In this document: piece after piece, positions 49,803 to 62,390 of the stretch
Numbering within the stretch: the first letter of the stretch is position 1
How the letters are laid out: every line of letters begins with the position of its first letter
Assembly: GCF_009914755.1 (NCBI RefSeq)
Contig: NC_060942.1
Reading direction: 5' to 3' (one strand)
Length of the DNA: 64,000 nucleotides
Origin: the human T2T-CHM13v2.0 reference genome, Homo sapiens
The notes under the pieces: model-generated
Database searches by the model: none
Told to the model about the DNA's origin: nothing
Seen by the model: only the letters and a program-made list of their open reading frames with translations
Program-made: the position numbers and the translations under genes

Positions 49803-50088
49803 TTCACATGGCAGTGTGCAGAGGGCGCCTGATGCCCACGTGGCAGTGTGCGGAGGGCACCTGATGCCACGTGGCAGTGTGCGGAGGGCGCCTGATGCCC
49901 ACGTGGCAGTGTGCGGAGGGCGCCTGATGCCCACGTGGCAGTGTGCGGAGGGCGCCTGATGCCACGTGGCAGTGTGCGGAGGGCGCCTGATGCCACGTGG
50001 CAGTGTGCGGAGGGCGCCTGATGCCCACGTGGCAGTGTGCGGAGGGCGCCTGATGCCACGTGGCAGTGTGCGGAGGGCGCCTGATGCC
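49803..50088. repeat. 31/32-bp VNTR, 9 copies, each with an E-box (8 CACGTG, 1 CACATG)
   Basis: Unit GC(C)CACGTGGCAGTGTGCGGAGGGCGCCTGAT. Confidence 0.96.
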
Positions 50089-51821
50089 CCAAATCTTCCC
50101 CAAGGGCAGCCCTCCTCGCAGCTGTGCTGCATTCCTCCCCTTGGCAGTTCCGTAATTTATTCAGCCTGCTCTCCTTTCATACAGAACATTTAAGTTCCTG
50201 ATTTTTTTTTCTAATAAAAATAATACTTAGACTTTTGATTAGGTAATGGATTGGCTACATCTTTTGACCTCCTCTGACTTCTTGAACCCAACTGAAATGA
50301 TCGTAAAGGGAGAAAAGAGTGTAAATCCACATGGACGGTGCAGGCAGGAATGGATACAGTGACCGATGGGCGCTTTCCGCACGAAGGAAGATGGTGGCCG
50401 TGGCTGTGGAAGGTGACGGCTGTGTTGTGGAGCGAGACCTGTGGGAGATGCCGGCAGCCCACCATGGGCCGCTCTGGAGGCTTCTGTTATCCCAGCAACA
50501 ATGGGAGAAACTGGGGCTGGAATGGGGACGACAATGGGTGGTGAGCTCAGCTCCTGCCTCCCCCGTCTTTGTACCAGCTCCTGGCCCCATGCCGCCTCCC
50601 TGGAGACCCGGATGTGGGGGTCAGGCTCCTGGAGGGTGGTAGCGTGCCAGGCTGCAGGAGTCATTGAGGGAGAACCTGCCCATAGACCCCTCCCTGCCTA
50701 GGATGGCTGCAGCCAGACCTCCAGCCCCCACAGGAGCCAAAGGACCTGTCTTTGGCAGAATTGGGCACCTCAAAGGGGAGAATGGCATTGGCTGGTGCAC
50801 AGGGCCTGACGAAGGCCAGCACTGTCTGGACACTGGCAGTGAACCCAGTGGTTGGCAAGCCCCACCCAGGCCACAGGGCGTCCAAGCAGCAGTTTAGCGC
50901 CCCCGTCTCGAGGAAGTGAGGCACATTGGGAAAGAATGGAGCCTGAAAGGATAGACATGGGGCTTGGGGAAACACAGGAAACATCAGGAGTTATAATCAG
51001 GGACGCCAAGAGGGCAGAGCAGGGCTGTGTCCATGAAACAAGAACAAGACGCCATGAAAAAGGAACCGAGGGTGAAGAGGATCTCTCAGAAGTTAAAAAT
51101 GGGATTACCCTACTCAAAAAAGAAGTAGTACACATTTAGGAAAGAAGATACCACTCAAAGACAAAGATGAAAAGGCAGGGGGAAGATGCACCGCTGGGAG
51201 GTTAATCCAGAAGTCCCGCTCTGGCCTACCAGGGTTCCAGAAAGGCGAGAATGAGAAAGGGTGTTATGGTTCAGAATTGGCTCAGAATTCAAGACACCGG
51301 ACTTATCCCAACCAGTGCACGAATCCCCCAAGGCTGAATGGAAACGCACGCGTGTCAAGGCGTCTCATCCTGAAACTTCAGGGAAAAAAGAATATTCTAA
51401 AAGCTTCCATGGTGAGAGGGAAGAAACGAGGTCCCACCAAAGGCAGGACAGGAAGGGGCCCCCTGGGTCGTAGGCGGGTGGCACTAAGCAGTTCTGGAAT
51501 GAAACCATAAAACTTCAGGAGAAACAAAACATTCTATGAGAAAAAAATGTAATTGTAGAGCACGACTTGGCTCAGCAATGAGCATGTTCACATTTTCTTA
51601 ACACTGTGAACGCGCATGAGTTATCTTACCCCAAAAATGGGATGTAACAATGTCTGCAGAAAAGAGGTTACAGTTATGGTGGTTGAAGGTGGGGTGTGTG
51701 GGAGACCCAGATTCTCAACTCTACAAAGTCACCCAAAATGTGTAACATTAATATGCCAATAAATGGCCAGATCAGCATTTAGAAGTAGGGATAGTTACAT
51801 GGGTTGGTTTTGAATATCACA

Positions 51822-51897
51822 TGAGCCAAGATCGCGCCACTGCCCTCCAGCCTGGGTGACAGAGTGAGACTCTGTCTCAAAAAAAAAAAAAAAAAAA
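51822..51897 (+). mobile_element. 5'-truncated Alu 3' fragment
   Basis: TGAGCCAAGATCGCGCCACTG...GACTCTGTCTC plus poly-A. Confidence 0.85.
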
Positions 51898-52695
51898 TTA
51901 CATGTACAATTACTTTGATAAGACAAAAATTAACTTAAAAACATGCTCAGTCACCAAAATTCACTCAAGAAGAAATAAATAACATAATCCTATGGTAATT
52001 AAAAAAATTAAATTCATAGTTTAAAACCTTCCAGGAAGAAAATTCCAGGCCCAGGTAGTTTCACTGGTGAATCTAACAAAAATTTAAGGAATAAATAACA
52101 CCAATTCTACATGGTCTCTTCCAGAAACATGTAAGAGGAGGGATCCCTTCCCAACTCATTCCAAGAGGCCAATACTCCTCTGATACCAAACCAGAGACAT
52201 GACAAGAAAAGTAAAAACAAAGACCAGTGTCTCCCATGAACTCATGCGAAACTCCTCAACAAAACATCAGTAAATCGGGGTTGGTAAAGACATAAAAAGC
52301 ACAGCACATCACGGCCAACTGAGGTTTTTCTCAGGAAAGCAAGCTTGGTTCGATACTCAAAACCAACCCATGTAATTCACAATATTAATGCACCAAAGAA
52401 AAAATGCCAGCTGTTCATCTCAACAGATGTAGAAAAAGCGTTTGACTAAATTCAGTATCCATTCATGATTTTTAAAACAGCACTTTCAGCAATTTAGGAA
52501 TAGAAGGGAATTTCCTTTTCCTGATAGAGAACATCTACCAAAAAAACCCTACAGCTAACAACATACATAGCAAAAGACTGAATGTTTTCCCGTTAAGATT
52601 GGGACCAACCCAAGGATGCCTGCTCCCCACTCCTCTTCAGCACCTGTTGGCAGTCCTAGAGAGAGCAGTGAAGCAAGGAAAGTAGACGTCGTACT

Positions 52696-52972
52696 ATTGG
52701 AAAGCAAGAGAATAGAACTGCATATGTAGAAACACGCTGTCCAATTGGAAAGCAAGAGAATAGAACTGCCTATGTAGAAACACACCATATGATTGGAAAG
52801 CAAGAGAATAGGACTGCCTATGTAGAAACACGCCGTACGATTGGAAAGCAAGAGAATAGGACTGCCTATGTAGAAACACGCCGTACGATTGGAAAGCAAG
52901 AGAACAGGACTGCCTATGTAGAAACACGCCGTATGATTGGAAAGCAAGAGAACAGAACTGCCTATGTAGAAA
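52696..52972. repeat. 48-bp VNTR, about 6 copies, derived from L1 RT-region sequence
   Basis: ATTGGAAAGCAAGAGAA at 52696, 52744, 52792, 52840, 52888 and 52936. Confidence 0.94.
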
Positions 52973-53790
52973 TTCCCAGGAAACCCACAACAAAGCTTAA
53001 GAAAATTAAGGGAGTTGCTAGCAGTGAACTATTGGAATTCAAATTTTTTAAAGTTCATTAATAGCACCAAAAACCATGAATTGCTTACATGCAAGTCTCA
53101 CAGCCTAGGTCCAGGATCCATCTACGTGCTGATAATTACAGCTAAATACAGCTGATAATTACTGATAAAGACTGAAATCAACGAAGGCCTGCAGTGCTCA
53201 CGCGCTGAAGACTCGGTGTGACTAAGATGTCCACCCTCCCCATAGTCCATCTCCAGATTCAGTGAAATCCCATTCAGAATCCCATTTTCTGCAATATTTA
53301 CAAGCTGATTGTAACATCTTTATGGAAAGGCCTAGGAACCGTTTTGAAAAAGCAGCAGTTGGAACTGACACTGCCTGCTTTCACGATTTGTTCTGAAGCC
53401 ACAGCAGGACAGTGTGGGGAAAGGACAGGCGTGGGGTCGTGGACACAGTCCAGGAATAGAACCACATGAATGGGGCCAGCCGGCGTTTGGCAAAGTGAAA
53501 AGGCCGGGCACGGAGAAAGAATCGTCTTTTCAACAAATGGGGCTACAACAACTGAACTCCCATATTTTAAAAAAACACAACCCATGCCTTACGTTTTATA
53601 CAAAAATTCAACTCAAGGTGGACCGTGGCCCTAAACATATAACATTTAAAACTATAAACTTGTAGAAGAAAACATAGAGGTGGCCTTGCCAATGGAGAGT
53701 AAGGAAGGAGTTCCCAGACGTGGCGTCAGATACGCGATTCATGAAATATGAAAATGGATAGGCTTCACTTCATTAGAATCTAAAACTCCT

Positions 53791-53916
53791 GGCCTAGTTG
53801 GGGTCTCAGGCCTGTAACCCTAACACTGAGAGGCCGAGGTGGGAAGATCACTTCAGCCCAGGAGTTCACGACCAGCCTGGGCAATATAGCAAGACCCTCA
53901 TCTCTATTAAAAAAAT
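53791..53916 (+). mobile_element. FLAM / Alu left monomer
   Basis: GGCCGAGGTGGGAAGATCACTTCAGCCCAGGAGTTC...GCAATATAGCAAGACCC plus A-tail. Confidence 0.8.
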
Positions 53917-54315
53917 TCTTTTGACTTTTGTCCACAAAAGACTGTTAAGAGAATGAAAAAACAAGCCTCAGACTGGGAGAAAATATTTGTAAATCACATA
54001 TCTAACAAAGGACTTGTAATTAAGCTATATAAAGAACTGTATAAACTCAACTGTAAGAAAATAACCTGATTTTAAAAGGGACAAAGTTTTGAACAGACAC
54101 TTCACCAAAGAAGACACGCCTATGGCAAATACAGCGCTGAACTGTTATTAGGGAAATACAGAGTTAAGCCACAGGAGCTGTCACTCACATGTTAGAAGGG
54201 CCCTGATCTAAAAACCAGCCGAGAGCAGCAAGCTCAAAGGAGGGTGCGCGGCCGGCAAGGCTCAGGACCTGCAGGCCATGGAGTGGCGAGGCTGCCATGG
54301 AGTGGCGAGGCTGCC

Positions 54316-54495
54316 GTGGAGCGCGGAGGCCGGGTACACCTGCGCGTGGAGCGCGGAGGCCGGGTACACCTGCGCGTGGAGCGCGGAGGCCGGGTACACC
54401 TGCGCGTGGAGCGCGGAGGCCGGGTACACCTGCGCGTGGAGCGCGGAGGCCGGGTACATCTGCGCGTGGCACGCGGAGGCCGGGTACACCTGCGC
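54316..54495. repeat. 30-bp CpG-rich VNTR, 6 copies
   Basis: GTGGAGCGCGGAGGCCGGGTACACCTGCGC, preceded by a short GCCATGGAGTGGCGAGGCT duplication. Confidence 0.95.
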
Positions 54496-57264
54496 TCATC
54501 GCACACCAGCGCCCACGCCCAGGACGTACTCGCGGGAAGGACAGCGTGTGTCACGTACAGAGCGAGTGTTCAGCCGGCTTTATTCAGCACGGCCCAGCCC
54601 GGAAGCAGCCGACACGGACCGCGACGGCCGGTGCCAGATCAATCCCGGTGCATCCACGGTGCGCGGTGAAAAGCAGCAAAGGGTGGGTGCCCGGGACAGC
54701 ACGAATGGGCTCGCAGGGCCTGACGCGGGAGAGGCCAGGCCAGGAAGCCACGCTGCGATCCCGTCTATGGGATACCTGGGAAAGCCAGGGGTTGGGGGCC
54801 AAGACTGGGTGGGCGGGGTCCGGCTGTGAGGCAGGGAACGGCGGGGGGAAGCTAGGGGAGCTGTCCTGCGTCTTTGCGCTGCGTTTTCGCGGTAGTGGTG
54901 GTTCCAGGACCGTGATTTGTCCAGACCCATAAAGCTGAGCTCTGATGAGCGAGCAGGTCCTTTTGCATAAATCTTTGGGCTCATTTCTGACGTTCCCTGA
55001 CAACTCCCCAAAATAGAATTTCTAGGTCAAAGTGCACACAGTCTTTGAAGGCTTTTAAAATATATTAGTGCAGAGTTTTACGAGTTTATACCCTGCCCCG
55101 CCTGGACCACCCTGGGCCCCAGAACCTTGGCTGTGGCCGTGACCCAGGGGACACTTGTCTGGTGGGGACAGGGCTGAATTTGTGTGGCTGCTTGGGGACC
55201 AACTCAGCAGCTTCTAGTGAACGATGAGGAGGGGCCTGTCTGGCAAAGGTGAAGACATGTCTGTCTGGTAAAGGTGAGGATGTGCTTATATGTCTTAGAA
55301 GCCAGCTGTTCCACTTCCAGGTACCCTGGGTAAACGCTGGCCGGTGAGCACACAGCGTTCCCAGCAGGCATGTTTTCGTTTTTGCTTTGGTGATAGTGGA
55401 TGATGCCGTTTACAGGGCCCGTCATGGCGGCTGCAGCCCCTTCTGCCATTTAGCACAGACTTGCACCGGCGTCCCCACCGGCACGTCCACGAGGGCTCCA
55501 TGCAGCCCGGCCCACTGACCCCCAACTCGGGTGTGCCTGGGTGGGGACCGTCCCCCGCCCCCGTCTAGCCAGTCCCCACGTCCTGACGTTTCTATCCCAA
55601 CCCCCGCCCTGCCATCTTTTCTTCTCCCAGTGCCTCCCGGAGGCTGGGCCCTCTTCTCCCACCAGCCTCCCGCCTGCAATTTCCGTGGCACAGGCCGACC
55701 TCTCTCTGCCAGCACGAAGCCAGAGCTCAGCTCCCCAGCACAGCACAGAAGCTGCAGGGGCTCCGTCCCCATGCCCCTCCCCATGCCCCATGTCCCTGTT
55801 CTCAGCCCTCCTCCCGCCCCTCCCTGTGGGCCCCACACCTGCACCCCCAAGAGAATTCGCCCCATCTAGGTCCCACCTAATGACACACACTCCCGTTCTC
55901 AGTCCTTCAAGGAGGCCCCCAGCTCTGCAGCCCCCACCACTGCTGGATTCCCGTCCTCCGGTGAGGGCGCCTCTGCTCAACCCCGGCCTGGCAGGGACTG
56001 GCTGGTTCCCTTCCTTGGTTCCCCCAGTGGGATGGAGCCCCGGCCACTGGGTCCCTGGGGGAGAGCCAGGCTGTGATGTCCCGATGCAGTGGAGGAGCAG
56101 GGCTGGGTCTGGGCCTGGGCCTGGGCGTGGCAGCTCCCCAGGCCCACGGGGCAGGAATTCTAGATTCTGGGATTCCTTTCATCGTTGCTTTTTGTGTTTT
56201 CTACCTAGAGCGGAGAAATGTTTGTGGTTTCCAAAGAGACCGGACACGCCCAAGGCCCACAGACACGTGGCTTCGTGATGGGGAGCCACGGGGGCAGGGG
56301 TCCGCCCGGCTCTGTGTTCCTCGGGGGGGCTCATCCTGGGGCCCAGGAACTCGGGAGCGGTTTACCCACAGGTTCCTGTGCGTGGGAGCAAACTTGCTTT
56401 TCCCATTCACAGAAACACAGTAGCGTGCGCGGGTCGGTGATGCAGCCAAGACACCATCCCTGAAACTGTGATAATGAGAGCGTCCTGACACCAGGGCTGG
56501 GAAGCCCACACTGATCTCTGAGTGTGCGGTCCACTTTCCCTCCCCAAAGAAGCGCTTGCCCAACTCTCGGGGTGCTTGCTCACACCCCTCACAGTCCCCA
56601 TCCCTTGAACCTGAGACCACAGACCCCACCCTGACAGTAGAGGGCAGAAGCTGCCAGGAGAGCCTGCTCAGAGCACAGAACATCGTGGAGCAGCCCAGGG
56701 CTGTGGAGCAGAGTCTGAAGGTGCCCGCCCAGCCAGGGCACGCAGGAGCCGGCCCTGGCACCCCACAGAAAACCCTGAATGTCTGTTAAAAAGCACAAAA
56801 AAAGCCAAACAATCTAGAGGGCGGTGGCTGTGCGGGCCTCAAAGCTGGGTGAGCCAGGCTGAACGTAGACTTTTTTTCTGACCTGATTTTTGGCCAAGTA
56901 GACCAGGTGCATCAAATCTGATCAATCAGGGTCTGTTTTCTGGGCTGAAAGTTCCGGAAACGTGCCCGCCGACCATCCCACCTGTGGTTCCGCGGGTGGT
57001 CTCTTTCTAACCACGGGCAGACCCGGTCCAGGTGGTTTCTGGCTCTGTGGCTGCAGCTGCACTGGGTCCCTCCTTGTTGTGGGCAGGGCGGCGCTCAGAA
57101 CACACACTCAGCCCGGGCGCTCCTGCCCCACCGGTCCCTATGCCCGGCCAGGGACACAGGATTCCTCAGAAGGGCTTGCGTGGAAGGCAGCATCCACCAG
57201 TGGTTAGGACAGTGCCCTGGGGCCAGCCTGGCTTCAGTCCTGGGTGTGCAACCCAGTGACCTGC

Positions 57265-59025
57265 CCAGGGGACATGGGATGGGGACACACCGGGGACACG
57301 AGGGAGATGCCTGTGGGGACACAGGGACAGGAACATGGGGACACAGGACAGGGAGATGGGGATGGGAACATAGGGACGTGGGGACGGGGACATGGGGACA
57401 CGGGACAGGGAGATGGGGATGGGAACATAGGGACGTGGGGACAGGGACATGGGGACACGGGACAGGGAGATGGGGATGGGAACATAGGGACGTGGGGACG
57501 GGGACATGGGGACACGGGACAGGGAGATGGGGATGGGAACATAGGGACGTGGGGACGGGGACATGGGGACACGGGACAGGGAGATGGGGATGGGAACATG
57601 GGACGTGGGGACAGGGACATGGGGACACGGGACAGGGAGATGGGGATGGGAACATAGGGACGTGGGGACAGGAACATGGGGACACAAGACAGGGAGATGG
57701 GGATGGGAACATAGGGACGTGGGGACGGGGACATGGGGACACGGGACAGGGAGATGGGGATGGGAACATAGGGACGTGGGGACGGGGACATGGGGACACG
57801 GGACGGGAGATGGGGATGGGAACATAGGGACGTGGGGACGGGGACATGGGGACACGGGACAGGGAGATGGGGATGGGAACATAGGGACGTGGGGACGGGG
57901 ACATGGGGACACGGGACAGGGAGATGGGGATGGGAACATAGGGACGTGGGGACGGGGACATGGGGACACGGGACAGGGAGATGGGGATGGGAACATAGGG
58001 ACGTGGGGACGGGGACATGGGGACACGGGACAGGGAGATGGGGATGGGAACATAGGGACGTGGGGACGGGGACATGGGGACACGGGACAGGGAGATGGGG
58101 ATGGGAACATAGGGACGTGGGGACAGGGACACGGGACAGGGAGATGGGGATGGGAACATAGGGACGTGGGGACGGGGACATGGGGACACGGGACAGGGAG
58201 ATGGGGATGGGAACATAGGGACGTGGGGACGGGGACATGGGGACACGGGACAGGGAGATGGGGATGGGAACATAGGGACGTGGGGACGGGGACATGGGGA
58301 CACGGGACAGGGAGATGGGGATGGGAACATAGGGACGTGGGGACAGGGACATGGGGACACAAGACAGGGAGATGGGGATGGGAACATAGGGACGTGGGGA
58401 CAGGGACATGGGGACACGGGACAGGGAGATGGGGATGGGAACATAGGGACGTGGGGACAGGGACACGGGACAGGGAGATGGGGATGGGAACATAGGGACG
58501 TGGGGACGGGGACATGGGGACACGGGACAGGGAGATGGGGATGGGAACATAGGGACGTGGGGACGGGGACATGGGGACACGGGACAGGGAGATGGGGATG
58601 GGAACATAGGGACGTGGGGACGGGGACATGGGGACACGGGACAGGGAGATGGGGATGGGAACATAGGGACGTGGGGACGGGGACATGGGGACACGGGACA
58701 GGGAGATGGGGATGGGAACATAGGGACGTGGGGACAGGGACATGGGGACACGGGACAGGGAGATGGGGATGGGAACATAGGGACGTGGGGACAGGGACAT
58801 GGGGACACAGGACAGGGACATAGGGCCATAGGGACAGGGACATGGGGGCATGAGAGATGCCTAGGGACACGGACAGGGACACGGGGACAGAGGGACAAGG
58901 ACACAGGGAGGGACACAGGACAGATGGGGACAGGGACACGGGGATATAGGGTCACAGGGACAGGGACACAGGGAGGGGACATGAGGGAGATGCCTGTGAG
59001 GACATGGGGACAGGACACAGGGACG
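57265..59025. repeat. 57-bp G-rich VNTR (about 26 core copies, 57327-58815) with degenerate GGGAC flanks
   Basis: Unit GGGACATGGGGACACGGGACAGGGAGATGGGGATGGGAACATAGGGACGTGGGGACG; 19-aa periodicity in the ORFs. Confidence 0.97.
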
Positions 59026-59832
59026 GAAATGCTGAGACAGCAGAGGCGGAGGCTGCCCTGGGCCAGAGGCCACGGGACTGTTTCCAGGACACACTGGGCT
59101 CAGAGCCACGGGGCTGCCTTGGGGCCGACCTGTGCTGAGATGCCCTGTGCTGCTTCCTCTCAGCAGGTGTTTCAAGGTTCACGGGTCTTGAGCTCCGGCC
59201 TGAATTTGCCAACTCCTGGTCACTGCCTCACAGAGACAGACGTGGGAGGGAGGACTCAGCCTGGGCACCTCCTGAGCTGAGAACTTTCTAACCACCCCCC
59301 AGCTGGGCGCATCAGGGTTTCAAACCCGCATCCAGCTTCCCAGGGGCTCACACACCGTGGATGCCCAAGCCTGGCGTCCCGAGGGCTCACAGCCCCAGTG
59401 GTTCAGAGCGCCTAGGCCCCTGAGCTCTGGCCACGAGCCTCCTGCACCCGGACACGTTGCCAGGTGGGAGGGGCTCTGCAGGGGCTCCCTCGGGCACAGA
59501 TCGGGGCTCGGGGGGTGGCTCCCCCACTTTTCCCAGGGCCTGTGAAGTTCGGGAATGGACTGGAGCCAGGGATCCACGCAGCAGCCCACCCGCCTTGAAT
59601 GTCGATCAAGACTTCACTGTGGTCTGTGGTCAGAGAAGGCTGCAGAGGGAGGCGAATGGGGAGTGGATGTCTGACGAGGCCACCGTCTCGGGCTCACAGG
59701 GTAATAGCCTTGGAGACAGATGGTGAAGGCCACACAACATTCTGAATGCATTTAACACCCTTTAAAACGGTTCAGATGGTGTCTTGTTACATGTATTTTA
59801 CCACAGTTTTTAAAATGCTAGGACAAAACCCA

Positions 59833-59920
59833 CACCCCAGACCTAGGCCTCGAGGGTGGAGGAGGCCATGGGAAGCACCCAGACCTAGGCCTCAGGGGTG
59901 GAGGAGGCCATGGGGAGCAC
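59833..59920. repeat. About 41-bp tandem duplication
   Basis: CCCAGACCTAGGCCTC..GGGTGGAGGAGGCCATGGG twice. Confidence 0.8.
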
Positions 59921-60069
59921 CCGCCAGGCCCAGATTCAGTCCCGTCCACGCGGTGGGGACCACGTTTGGGGTGGCATGCTGGGACCAGTCCACGGGGCTT
60001 CCACCAGCTGTGCCAACAGGCTGCAGACTCCTGAGAAGGTCCCCAGCCCACATCTGGGGCTGGGTCGGC

Positions 60070-60315
60070 CCTGAGGCTGCAGGGGGGCTGGGACAGCAGC
60101 ATCCTCCTCATGAGGCCGCGGTGGGGCCGGGACGGCGGCGTCCTCCTCATGAGGCCGCGGTGGGGCCGGGACGGCGGCGTCCTCCTCATGAGGCCGCGGT
60201 GGGGCCGGGACGGCGGCGTCCTCCTCATGAGGCCGCGGTGGGGCCGGGACGGCGGCGTCCTCCTCATGAGGCCGCGGTGGGGCTGGGACGGCGGCGTCCT
60301 CCTCCTGAAGCCGCT
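60070..60315. repeat. 39-bp CpG-rich VNTR, about 6 copies
   Basis: CCTCCTCATGAGGCCGCGGTGGGGCCGGGACGGCGGCGT. Confidence 0.94.
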
Positions 60316-60430
60316 GTGCGGTTCTCATTCCCGTTTCCCTGATGACCAGTGATGTCAAGCATCTTTTCATGTCCTTCCTGACAGTTGAGAGCTCTTCTTT
60401 GAGGAATGCCTCTTCAGACCTTTTGCCCAA

Positions 60431-60755
<325 letters not shown>

Positions 60756-62060
60756 TAAGAGTTTCTTATCTATCCTGGATGCAAGTCCCTTATCAAATAT
60801 CTGATTTCCAAATACTTCCTTCCATTGTGTGGGTTGTCTGTTCACTTTCTTGCTGTTGTCTTTTGAGGCACAAAAGTTTTTAATTTTTATGAAGTTCAGT
60901 TTATCAATTTTTTGTGCTTTTGATGCCATATCTCATAGCCCTTGGCTAATCCTTTGTCGTGAAGATTTTACCCCAAGTCTCCTTCTAAAGTTCTGTAACT
61001 TTAGCACCCACATTTTGAGCTTTGGTCCATTTTTTCTTAATTTTTGCGTATGGTTCAGGTAAGCGCTCAGCTGGATTCCTTTGTGTGTGGACATCCAGGC
61101 ACCCCAGTACCGCTTGATAACAAATTGTTCTTTCTCTATCAAATGGTCAAAATTTAGAGTTTCTTTCAACAGTGTTTTGTAGTTATCAAAGTGTAAGTTT
61201 TTTTGTTCTTTTGTTTTAGTTATTCTGATGCATTTCTTCCTTTTGATGCTGTTGTGAAGGGAATTACATTAATTGTTCATTGCGAGTGTATAGAGATAAA
61301 ATGGATTGTTGTCGCATATTCTACAACCTTGTTGAACTCACTAGTTTGAATGGACGTTTTTAGTGGATTCCTAAGGATTTTCTATATACGAGGTCCTGTC
61401 ATTTGTGAACCAACATGACATGACCTTCTCATTGGCCTAGTAGGCGTCTGTGCACATTCTGTTTAACCTGCCTGATCGTCCTGGCTGGAACATCCGGTAC
61501 AGAGTCCACTGGAAGTGACGAGAACAGACGTTAGCGTCTCGTTCCTGAACGGAGGGAGCACGGAGTCTTTCGTTACCATGTGTGATGTTAGCTGTGGGGT
61601 TTCTATAGATGCCCTTTTTGCGGAGGTTTCCTGCTTGTTGAGTGTTTCTGTCATGAAAAGATGTTGTATTTTGTCAAAAGCTTTTTTTCTTCATCAGTTG
61701 ACATGATTGTGTGATTTTTCTTTTCTATAATATGGATATGATGTATCACGTTAAGTGATTTTCAGATGTTAAGCCAGCCTTGCATCCTTGGGATAAATCC
61801 CACTCAGTCCTGATGTCTAATTCTTTTTCTACACTGCCGAATTCAGCTTGTTGATATTTTCTTGAATCTTTTAACATCGGTATTCACGTGTGGTTTTCTT
61901 GTGATACTTCATCTGGTTTTTGTATCAGGGTGATGTTGGCCTCATAGAATGAGCTGGGAACCATTCTCTCCACTTCTGTATTTTCATAATAGTTTGTGAG
62001 GAATTGGTATTAATTCCTTTTTTATGAATAAAATTTTTTTAATTGCTTAATAATCTCAGG

Positions 62061-62390
62061 TTTTATTTTAGGTTCAGTGGGTATGTGTGCAGCTCTGCTA
62101 CCCGGACATATTGTGTGATGCTGAGGTTTGGGGTAGGATTGGTCCTGTCACCCAGGTACCAAGCACAGCACCCGACAGCACGTTTCCAGCCTTTGCCCCT
62201 TCCCCCTCCCCACTGGCAGTCTGCAGTGTCTGCTGTTGCCATCTTTATGTCCATGAGCACCCAACGTTTAGCTCGCACTTACGAGTGAGAACATGCTGTA
62301 TTTGGTCTTCTGTTTCTGCGTTAATTTGCTTAGGATAATAGCCTCCAGCTGCAGAGGACAAGACATCGTTCTTTCTGTGGCTGTGGATAT
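62061..62390 (-). mobile_element. Truncated L1PA13-16/L1PB-type 3' end
   Basis: TTTTATTTTAGGTTCAGTGGGTATGTGTGCAG...GATGCTGAGGTTTGGGG...GAGTGAGAACATGC...GCCTCCAGCTGCA. Confidence 0.7.

Larger units (their letters stand above)
51940..54950 (+). mobile_element. Old L1 ORF2 and 3'UTR relic (L1MC/ME-like) containing two VNTRs and a FLAM
   Basis: CCAGGCCCAGGTAGTTTCACTGGTGAA, CTGATACCAAACCAGA and GACTGGGAGAAAATATTTGTAAATCACATATCT are L1 ORF2 landmarks. Confidence 0.8.

Noticed and set aside
49803-50088. CRISPR-like appearance of about 30-bp repeats with palindromes (also 1479-2841, 54316-54495, 60070-60315)
   Set aside because: Units are head-to-tail with no unique spacers, there are no cas genes, and the DNA is primate genomic.
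57095-59018. 561-614 aa Pro/Cys-rich minus-strand ORFs and Gly-rich plus-strand ORFs
   Set aside because: Translations of the 57-bp VNTR, with no evidence of coding function.
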